A stretch of DNA of 25,254 bases, taken from assembly GCA_049969675.1 (NCBI GenBank), contig JBMFOP010000048.1, forward strand, positions 1 through 25,254. The letters are read 5' to 3'. The notes under the pieces are model-generated. The model did no database searches. It worked only from the letters and a program-made list of their open reading frames with translations, and had not been told where the DNA came from. This DNA is from Myxococcota bacterium. Lineage in GTDB: Bacteria > Myxococcota > SpSt-1050. The position numbers and the translations under genes were made by a program. Below, piece after piece: positions 7,765 through 16,600 of the stretch (position 1 is the first letter of the stretch; each line of letters opens with the position of its first letter).

Positions 7765-10095
7765 TTACTGTTGCACACAGCTATTGCTATTCGGTACGCA
7801 GAGATTTACACCATTTACAGCCTTACAGGTAAAGCCTGTCGGACAGGCATCCTGTTCCTGTGGATTACAACCTGTCAAACAGAACATATCATTTCCGGTA
7901 TCAGGTACCTTAACACATCTATTTGGTGGATTTGGATTATTATAGTCTGGATTTCCACTGTTGCAATATGCATCATCAAAGCAGGGGACACAGAGCAGAT
8001 CTGTCATAGGAATACAGATTCCCTGATATAAAACACCAGACCCAAGATAGCTCTCATAACAGGCATAACCGGCCGGACAATCTGCATTTGATTTACAGAG
8101 GCTGGAACATTTGCCGTTATTTAGGCAGAGGTCATTTGCACAGGGTTTTTCTATACATCCCTCGTGACAGGCCTCATCTGTATTACATACAGTGCAATCA
8201 CCACCAAATCCAGCACCTTTCTCTGTAGGGGCTGAACAGTATGAATAGACCTTATTATTGATTGCATCAAATCCAGACATCTTACAGACCTCACCATTTG
8301 AGCAGTCTTTATCACCGTTGCACTCTTTGCCGGAGCCCGCAAGTGGGATACAGAAATTGAGCTGATTTACACTCTCATAACCTTCAGACAATGGTTGAGG
8401 CAAACATTTCCATACATAGTTGCCTGCATTATTATAATTGCAATCTGAACCAACATTATCACAGGCACCCGAGCAGTACCCTACTCTCAAGCATAGATTC
8501 GTTGTGCAGGAGAAGGATGCCTGACACTGCTCACCCGGTTTACTCGCGCCAGAATACTCTTTTGCACAAATGGAGATAGTATTATCATTATAGGTCTCTG
8601 GTCTGCTATAATCATCATTATCATTATTGCCAAATATAACCTTACATACCTCTCCAGAGACTTTGCAATCTGATGCCTTTTCACACTTTGTAAACTTATC
8701 ACCTTCATACACAGTCGGTATACAGATTCCCATATTTACGATAGTGCAGCCAGCCTGATCCAGACTCATACCTACATCACGGCATACCCCCTTAAATCTG
8801 TTTCCGTAGTCACAGGAGCAGTGCTCATCTGTGCAGTTGATATTCGCCACACAACGATCGTTTAGGCATTTGAGGCTGCAGCACTGCCCATCAGTTTTAC
8901 AGGACTCATTAATCTTCTTACAGGATGGATGACAGAAGTTGGCGCACTTCCCTTCAAGACAGAAGAGGGAACAACAATCATCATCTTTAATACAATCCTC
9001 TCCAGCCTTCTTCCCGCCCTTGCCGAGTTCGCAATTCTCTCCACATTTTGTATTTAAGCCCAGAATTGACTGTCCGGTCTTGTCAAGGGTAAAGCCCATC
9101 TGACACTTCTGATTCTCTCCACAGGTTAAATCGCCATAACAATCCGGTTTAAAGCGACTTGGAGAACAGGATGCGCAGTACTTCTTCTCTTCTACCTTAC
9201 CCTCATTTGAATTATAAATCTTAAACAATAGACATCTCTTATCTCCAACACAGTTTGAATCATCTGTGCACTGGTTATCATCTTTTATATCTGTGTTCTT
9301 AATATAACACCCCTGACAGATACTAGCCTGATGAGCCTCTGAATAGACACAATTTGCTTCACCCGGATAAGTACAATCCCTGTTATCATTACAATAGTTT
9401 ACACATCTATCAGTCTTGATACACATAGCTGTTCCATACTGGGCAGAGTTTAGACACTCATAACAACTCATACTATAACCACCTATGGTGCTTTTAATCT
9501 CTGAACAATCAGCAGATTTTTCGCACTTCATTGAACAGACCGAACCTTCTTTGTATAATCCATTGTCGTCCCTTTCACCCACACAATATGTCTCACCGGG
9601 CTTGCAGGCAACATTGCCGAGCTTATCACAGGGGGTGCCAGGACCACCGTTTTTCTGCTCACATTCACCCTCAGTATAAACACATATCTTCTTTGAACTA
9701 TCCAGTGAATCATATGTACAGCAGTAATTCTTCCCACCCGCAAAGCCAGCACAATCGCTATCAGATTTACACTCCTTTGAGCAATATGAATTCTTTATCT
9801 TTGCTACAAGACCATAGCAGAAGTTTGATTCACAGACATCATCAGATGCACAGAGTTCTCCATTTTTCTTAAGTGGTTTCTTACAGGTTTTTGTGGACTG
9901 ATTACATATAAGGCCCTCACAACAGTCCTCATTCTTTTCACAACCCTGATTGAGTGCAGAACACTCTGGTGTTGTATCTGCTGATGATGTGTCTGAGAGT
10001 GTGACATCCTTACTCCTATCAACGTTATCCGAGCAGGCAGAGAAAACCAATGCCATAAACATAAAAACTACAATTACCAATAAAACCTTTTTCAT
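7765..10095 (-). CDS. Cysteine-rich secreted lipoprotein of unknown function
   Basis: 776 aa; MKK plus hydrophobic core and lipobox FSA-C21; about 97 Cys by manual count, recurring C-x5-C and CC modules; SD AGGAGG at 10107-10102; own terminator. Confidence 0.88.
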   Translation of the reverse strand: MKKVLLVIVVFMFMALVFSACSDNVDRSKDVTLSDTSSADTTPECSALNQGCEKNEDCCEGLICNQSTKTCKKPLKKNGELCASDDVCESNFCYGLVAKIKNSYCSKECKSDSDCAGFAGGKNYCCTYDSLDSSKKICVYTEGECEQKNGGPGTPCDKLGNVACKPGETYCVGERDDNGLYKEGSVCSMKCEKSADCSEIKSTIGGYSMSCYECLNSAQYGTAMCIKTDRCVNYCNDNRDCTYPGEANCVYSEAHQASICQGCYIKNTDIKDDNQCTDDSNCVGDKRCLLFKIYNSNEGKVEEKKYCASCSPSRFKPDCYGDLTCGENQKCQMGFTLDKTGQSILGLNTKCGENCELGKGGKKAGEDCIKDDDCCSLFCLEGKCANFCHPSCKKINESCKTDGQCCSLKCLNDRCVANINCTDEHCSCDYGNRFKGVCRDVGMSLDQAGCTIVNMGICIPTVYEGDKFTKCEKASDCKVSGEVCKVIFGNNDNDDYSRPETYNDNTISICAKEYSGASKPGEQCQASFSCTTNLCLRVGYCSGACDNVGSDCNYNNAGNYVWKCLPQPLSEGYESVNQLNFCIPLAGSGKECNGDKDCSNGEVCKMSGFDAINNKVYSYCSAPTEKGAGFGGDCTVCNTDEACHEGCIEKPCANDLCLNNGKCSSLCKSNADCPAGYACYESYLGSGVLYQGICIPMTDLLCVPCFDDAYCNSGNPDYNNPNPPNRCVKVPDTGNDMFCLTGCNPQEQDACPTGFTCKAVNGVNLCVPNSNSCVQQ

Positions 10096-10714
10096 CTAAA
10101 ACCTCCTAAAAAATGGTTTTTACCCCAAAATGACCCGCTTAATAAAATATATATTACGGAGGTTGTCAAATATAAAAGTCCGGGATTAAATAACTGTCTG
10201 AAATTCCTGTCATAATCACTGCTGTCCAAAACAATATGCTCTGAGATGTTAACTATCTATTAAACCAGGGATTATGTATTGATAGATTAACATATCTAAA
10301 TCTTAAGACCGCCTTTTTTCGCTATCCATTAAAATGTGCTCCAATTTAAATAATCTTCAACAAAGACCACAAGTGCCCTGCTGGCGAAATGGGGAAGTAA
10401 AGCGTAGCCTCATAGTGCAATGCATAAATTCTTTATTCAATTAAGCCTATAATATTGATAAAACTGGATTCATTTTCAATTTTTATTTAAGACTCATAAA
10501 ATCTATGCAGTGCGAATCATCTGCTGAGCAATTAGAGGCAGGATGATTCTATTGTGATTATGCCGAAGGCGTCACACAAAAAAATTAACATCAAAATCTT
10601 ATAGTGCCGTTTAGGCTTATGCCTGTAAGGACTCATGCCGTGTAGGCAAAATGGCGGAGCGAAGCGACGCCTCGTAAAATCCTTCACCAAAAATTTATTG
10701 TGGGCAGATGTGTA

Positions 10715-10743
10715 TTGACTTAAAAAAATATTTTTACTATATA
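10715..10743 (+). promoter_or_regulatory. Possible sigma70 promoter for the tandem lyase gene
   Basis: TTGACT (10715-10720), 17 nt, TATATA (10738-10743); SD AAGGA before the ATG at 10793. The -10 box is imperfect and the region is AT-rich. Confidence 0.4.
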
Positions 10744-10792
10744 TCTCTCTGTCCTTTGAGACCTTAACCTATTTAAAGAAAGGAATACAAAT

Positions 10793-13456
10793 ATGATTCT
10801 TCACGAACCTTACAAGATTAAATCAGTGAGAAATATCCCATTTACAACAATTTATGAGCGGAAGAAGATTCTAAGGGAGCACTTCTATAACATCACCCTG
10901 ATACCATCTGGCAAAGTTACATTTGATATGACTACTCAGGGTACTTCTGCTATGACACAGGAGCAGGTATCAGCCCTCTTTGTTGGAGATGAGGCATATG
11001 CAGGTGCTGTAAATTTCTATCATCTGGAAAAGGCGGTGGCAGATATCTTCGGTCTGAAATTTACCTGTCCCACTCACAATAAATATGGAAATCTGAAACT
11101 TTTGACCTCAATCTTTGTAAAAGAAGGTAAGATGGCTGCCTCAAATACCATCTTTCCCAAAGAGTTAATAGAATATTACAAAGGAGAGTTCTTTAAAATA
11201 AAATCAAAAGTTGAGAATGGAATATCAAGGCTGGATATAACAGATATAAAACAACTCTCAGATAGGAAGGGGCAACTGGCATATATCTACATTGACCTTC
11301 GTTCTGATGAAGGTATAGCGGTGGACATAAATGATATACAGGAGATCTGCAGGCTTTTGAAGGATTCAGGTATCCCTTTCATTATTGATGCAAGCAATAT
11401 AGTACTCTGGGCTAATGTCATTAAAAACTCAAATACTGCCCTCTCTTCAAAGCCCATTTCTGAAATAATAAAAGAGACCGCTGCCCTCTCTACTACAGTA
11501 GTGGTAGATGCAGGACAGGATATAAAGAGCAATGTGGGAGGATTTATCGCTACGAACAACCCCAAATTTCACGAGGCTCATCAGAATGAGGTGGTAATCT
11601 ATGAGGGGCTTCATACTTATGGTGGGATGGCTGGAAGGACGATGGAGGTTGTTGCTGTTGGTTTGAGAGATATGATTGTTGAAAATGATGTAATCTGGTA
11701 TCATCAGCAGATAGAACTCCTCTCAAATCTACTTAAAGAGAACGGTGTTGCACATTATAAAGGGATAGATGGTATATATCTTGAGACCGACAAAATACTA
11801 AATCACATTAAGGAGAATAGGGTTCATACACTCGCCGCTGCGCTATACCTCAAGTCTGGAATCAGGGCACATATAGGTGGGAGATATCTTGATTCAGAGA
11901 TTCTACCAATACTTCTACCGAGAAGAGCTCTGTTGAATACACAGGTTGCTCAGATTGCGGAGGCGATCATTGAATTGTGTAAAGAGGCAACAGTGATTAC
12001 ACCACTTATGCTTACCAATAAGCCATTATATCATAATGAGGCGGTATTTGACTGGCTTTTACCCATAATTAAACCTTATGAATTTACCTGTGAGCCTTAT
12101 ATAATTCACTCAATTGAAAGAATCGCCATGAAGAGTATTGAGGAGAGGAGGAAGGCGATTGAGGATGCTGGTTATAATACATTCCTTTTGAAGATGGAGG
12201 ATGTTACAATAGATTTATTGACTGACTCCGGTACCGCTGCAATGAGTGTGGAACAGTGGAGGGCGTATCTGGGGGCACAGGAGACACCCAATACATCAGA
12301 TGCATATTTAGATCTCGTAGAGACCGCACAAAGAATTTATGGATACAAATATATTATCCTCACCCATCAGGGAAGGGCGGCGGAACATATTATGTCACAG
12401 ATGTTTATCAGACCCGGTGACTATGTCCCCGGAAATATGTACTTTACAACCACAAAACAACATCAGGAGATGGCTGGTGGAATATTTGTAGATGTTATAG
12501 TTGACGAGGCAAATGACACTGAATCAGAATTTGAATGGAAAGGCAATGTGGATATGAAGAAACTTGCCGATATCTATGATAAGGCAAAATCTGAGGGGAA
12601 GAGACTCGCATACATCTCCTTTGAGTTCAATGTAAATCTTGCTGGTGGTCAGCCGGTCTCAATGGATAATATGAAGGCGGTATATGAATTTTGCAAACCG
12701 AGGGGGATCCCGGTCTTCTTTGATGCAACCAGATGTGCAGAGAATGCAATATTTATCAAACAGCGAGACCCACGATATAGAGATGCATCAATAGAGGATA
12801 TCTTACTTGAGATGTTCAGTTATGGAGATGGTGCTACAATCTCTGCAAAGAAGGATATGCTTACAAATCTCTCCGGTGCACTGATTTTTAAAGATAATGA
12901 GCAGTGGTATAGAGACGCGCTGAGGATGCTCCAGATATTTGAGGGGAGCCATTCGAGCGGTGGGACATCTGCCGGAGATATGGCAACACATGCACAGGGA
13001 TTGCGAGAGATGGTAGATGAGAGATATCTGAGGGCGAGAGTTGAGCAGGCAAGATATCTTGGAAGACTTCTAACTGAAGCAGGGATACCTATCGTTATGC
13101 CCCCGGGAGGACACGCCATCTTTCTGGATGCAAGGAAGTTTCTTCCGCATCTGGACCAGGACCAATTTCCTGCTCAGACACTGGCCGCTCACATCTTTAT
13201 TGAGACCGGGGTTCGGGCGATGGAGAGAGGGAATGTAAGTAAGGGGAGAGACCCAAAAACGGGAAAGAATTACAGGCCAAAACTGGAACTTGTGAGACTC
13301 ACAATACCAAGAAGGGTGTATTCACTTGACCATCTGAAGGCTGTGGCGGAGGGAATTATCAAGCTCTACAAAAAACGAGATACCATCCGGGGGCTGGAAT
13401 TTGTATACGAACCAAAGGCACTGCGATTCTTCCAGTCCAGATTCAGATTGGTCTGA
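10793..13456 (+). CDS. Tandem-duplicated beta-eliminating lyase (tyrosine phenol-lyase/tryptophanase family), two homologous halves
   Basis: 887 aa; both halves begin with EPY(K/I)I(K/H)S (aa 5 and 434). The C-half has IDLLTDSGT, THQGRAAE, GNMYFTTT, FDATR, SAKKD, GGHA, MERG, RLTIPRRVY and LRFF. The N-half has GDEAYAG and YEGLHTYGGMAGR. Confidence 0.93.
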   Translation: MILHEPYKIKSVRNIPFTTIYERKKILREHFYNITLIPSGKVTFDMTTQGTSAMTQEQVSALFVGDEAYAGAVNFYHLEKAVADIFGLKFTCPTHNKYGNLKLLTSIFVKEGKMAASNTIFPKELIEYYKGEFFKIKSKVENGISRLDITDIKQLSDRKGQLAYIYIDLRSDEGIAVDINDIQEICRLLKDSGIPFIIDASNIVLWANVIKNSNTALSSKPISEIIKETAALSTTVVVDAGQDIKSNVGGFIATNNPKFHEAHQNEVVIYEGLHTYGGMAGRTMEVVAVGLRDMIVENDVIWYHQQIELLSNLLKENGVAHYKGIDGIYLETDKILNHIKENRVHTLAAALYLKSGIRAHIGGRYLDSEILPILLPRRALLNTQVAQIAEAIIELCKEATVITPLMLTNKPLYHNEAVFDWLLPIIKPYEFTCEPYIIHSIERIAMKSIEERRKAIEDAGYNTFLLKMEDVTIDLLTDSGTAAMSVEQWRAYLGAQETPNTSDAYLDLVETAQRIYGYKYIILTHQGRAAEHIMSQMFIRPGDYVPGNMYFTTTKQHQEMAGGIFVDVIVDEANDTESEFEWKGNVDMKKLADIYDKAKSEGKRLAYISFEFNVNLAGGQPVSMDNMKAVYEFCKPRGIPVFFDATRCAENAIFIKQRDPRYRDASIEDILLEMFSYGDGATISAKKDMLTNLSGALIFKDNEQWYRDALRMLQIFEGSHSSGGTSAGDMATHAQGLREMVDERYLRARVEQARYLGRLLTEAGIPIVMPPGGHAIFLDARKFLPHLDQDQFPAQTLAAHIFIETGVRAMERGNVSKGRDPKTGKNYRPKLELVRLTIPRRVYSLDHLKAVAEGIIKLYKKRDTIRGLEFVYEPKALRFFQSRFRLV

Positions 13457-13683
13457 TTAATAAGTCCTCCCCGCTCATCCGAGATAAGGTTTAATTTTAT
13501 TAGTAATTTCATCTAACTCTTGATAATTAAAAGTACTGCCTGATAGATTATTTGAAACGACAATTATATTCCCGGCACCTTTTGACTGAAAAATATCATA
13601 ATTTTCATTATACCTCATTTTATTTGCTCAACATTAATCATTTCCCGGATACTGTCAAGTAAAATGAATGTGGTTTATTTATT

Positions 13684-16600
13684 CTACTCCTCTATTATAA
13701 ACTCCACTCTCCTATTTATCTCTCTATTCTTCTTTGATGTGTTTGGGACAAGCGGTTTATCAGGTCCATACCCCTTTGCTTCAAGAAGTTCTGCTGGTAT
13801 TCCTACCTTTATAAGGTAGGCTTTTACAGCATCTGCTCTATCCTGTGAAAGCCTCAGATTCTTCTCCCTCAAACCAATGTCATCCGTATGACCCTCTATT
13901 TTTACCTTCTTTATTTTTGGATTGGCATTTATCACATCTGCTATCATATCCAATATGATTGTGGAACTCTTATCTATCTTTGCTGAATTGAGGGCAAACT
14001 GTATCTTCTTCTTTAATGTTATCTTATTCTGCTCCACCACTATCAATTGCTCCTTAGGTCTATCTTTTAGCATAAGTTCAACCGTAGCATCTCTCTCCTC
14101 CTCTACCTCTACTACTTTCCCAACAGATAATTTATCTGGAGCCTTCGCCACCACATACCACTTCCCCACATCAAGTCTTGATGTATATATCCCGTCTGAT
14201 GTCCTCTGTATCTTTATCTCCCTATCTCCGCTTACTGCTGTCACCTCTGCATCATTTATATTCCGCCTCTTCTCATTCAACACCTGAACTATTATACTCC
14301 CCTGAATAATCTTCTTCTTGAGAAAGACCTTGAGATTTGTAACCACATCCTTCGTTACCTGTGCACTTACCTTCTTCTCAAAATATCCATCCTTTGAGAG
14401 TGCCAGATTATATATCCCAACATTTAATGGCAGAGTCTTAAATTCCCCACTCTTTGAATCAGTTGCAAGATTCGGCAAATCCGTATTCTCTATCCTGATT
14501 ACCACATTCCCAAGCGGATTCTCTGTCTCCTCGTCATATACTACTCCCTTAATTATTCCAGTCTTTACAACTGGCTTTGGTGTCTCTACTACCTTCGGCT
14601 TCTCAACCACCCTCTCCACTATCTGCGGCTTTGGTGTCTCCATCCTATCGGTTGCAAACATCACTCCGAGTATTACTCTAAAGAGTGGTGAACCATAACC
14701 GGGTAGGATCCCTCCTCCAACTCCTCCTACCACCCCAATCCCATTGGCAAAGAAGTATCTTGAGGATAGTAACCATTCGAGCGGATTCTGCTCCTCATAC
14801 TGAAATGGATATACTGCGCTCGTCGCCCCTGAGAGGTCAAACCCTAATATCAGTTCCCTCCCCTTCAACATCAACGGATATGTCACTCCTATATTATACA
14901 CTATCTCATCATCATATATCTGATACAGCTTCTCTCCAAGTCTCGTCCTCTCCCTAAATGTATAACCAAGATTTAAGGCAAGCATCATCTTAAATGGAAA
15001 GACCCTTGAAAGCGTAAATCTTGGCGAGAATGCAAATCCGGGCTCACCCAGCATATTCTTTTCATCTCCAGACGGAATAATCACTGCTGGTACAAATCCA
15101 AATGATACAGGATATCTCCTCCTCCCGAATACCTCCTCTGTCTGTGATAAGAATCTGAGCTTGGGGATCAGCCAGATGTCCCCAAGCCCTCCCTGCGAAA
15201 GCCCCTCTCTTGCACCTTCGTAGAGTCCGCTCTTACCACTCTGAAAGAGTGCCATCGGAAGCACTACACCTCCCTCAAAATACGGGGCAAATGAGTAGCT
15301 CGCAAACAGGTCTGCATCCATTCTGTAATCTACAAGGTCATCCACCTTATTGTGTTTCTCATCTACAAATACCAGCGGGCTCTTTACATAAAATAGATAG
15401 AAACCAATGTTTAGATTATTGCTCTCAGAGATCTCGGCAGATTCCGTAATCATCGTCCCCTTAGAATCTACCGTAGAAATTAGACGATTGGTATTTACCT
15501 GCTGGGCATAGAGCGGGAGTGAGATTAAGAGTATCAGAAGCCAAAGCCACCTCCTGCTTATTGAACTGACTGCAAAGATTAATCCAACCACTACAAGCAA
15601 TATCTCAAGAACTCCAGAATCACTATCCTTTTCACTCTCATCCATCACTGAACATTGACATCCTCCTCCCATAACCCTACCTATCAGATTGTGCCTGCTA
15701 CCAGCATCCAGACTTATTATATCCTGCGAAGTAGCGACATCCGATATATTAGCATCCTCACCCATTACATCAATAGTCGCATCGGTAGCCATCACATCGG
15801 CTGTATCTATTGAGGTATCTCCTATATCCGTTATTATATCTTCACCGGCATCCTCTAAATCTGTGATCGCATCGCTTGTAGCATCCTCTACATCAATCGT
15901 GGCATCCAATACAACATCCTCAACGACATCAGGCAATTCAGCATCTGTCTCTGCATCCGTTCCCGCATCGGGACCAACACAGTCTGGAAGATTTTCATCA
16001 ATGAGTCCATTACAATTATTGTCTTTTCCATCACACACCTCGGGAACAGGATCAATTGCACCTATGCATTCGCCTATCTTCCCTCCTACACAGGTCGCAA
16101 TACCCATCCTGCACTCACCCACATTGGTGCCACAGGGTATTGTGATATTTTCATCATATTCACCGTTGCAGTTATTATCAAGTCCATCGCACTTCTCATA
16201 TGTCGGTTTTATTTCACCGAGACACTCTCCCCATACACCGTTTTTGCATACCCTGACTCCACTCTTACATTCGCCAATATCTGAGCCACATTTTGAATAG
16301 AGATTCTCATCAGTCTCTCCATCGCAGTCATTATCCTTGTTATCACAAATCTCTGCTGTTGGGTTGATTGCGCCAGAACAGACTCCCCACTGTCCATTTA
16401 CACAGTTCTGAATTCCCTTCTGACATTCACCCTCATCGGTACCACACTCCTGAGTCTCACCGTCATCGCAGGCACACCCTTCATCAATCTGACCATTGCA
16501 GTTATTGTCAAGCCCATCACCACATATCTCATCCTTTGGACCAATAGCGCCTATACATTCTCCCCACCGACCATCTTTGCAGCTCTGAAGACCCGTTCTA

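Noticed and set aside
10141..10169. Minus-strand TTGACA upstream of the lipoprotein gene as a full promoter call
   Set aside because: The hexamer at 17-nt spacing is TTTATT, too weak in AT-rich DNA to list as a feature.
10140..10440. Possible pseudogene fragments in the 697-bp intergenic region
   Set aside because: Only short open stretches broken by stops, with no recognisable homology.
10793..12088. N-terminal lyase half as a decaying pseudogene fused by stop-codon loss
   Set aside because: Frame is intact and it selectively keeps the trans-acting motifs that the other half lacks, which implies selection.
741..13119. Short overlapping ORFs within cysK, the sctV-like gene, purB, dapA, dapB, the lipoprotein and the lyase
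   Set aside because: Overlap well-supported genes and lack motifs.
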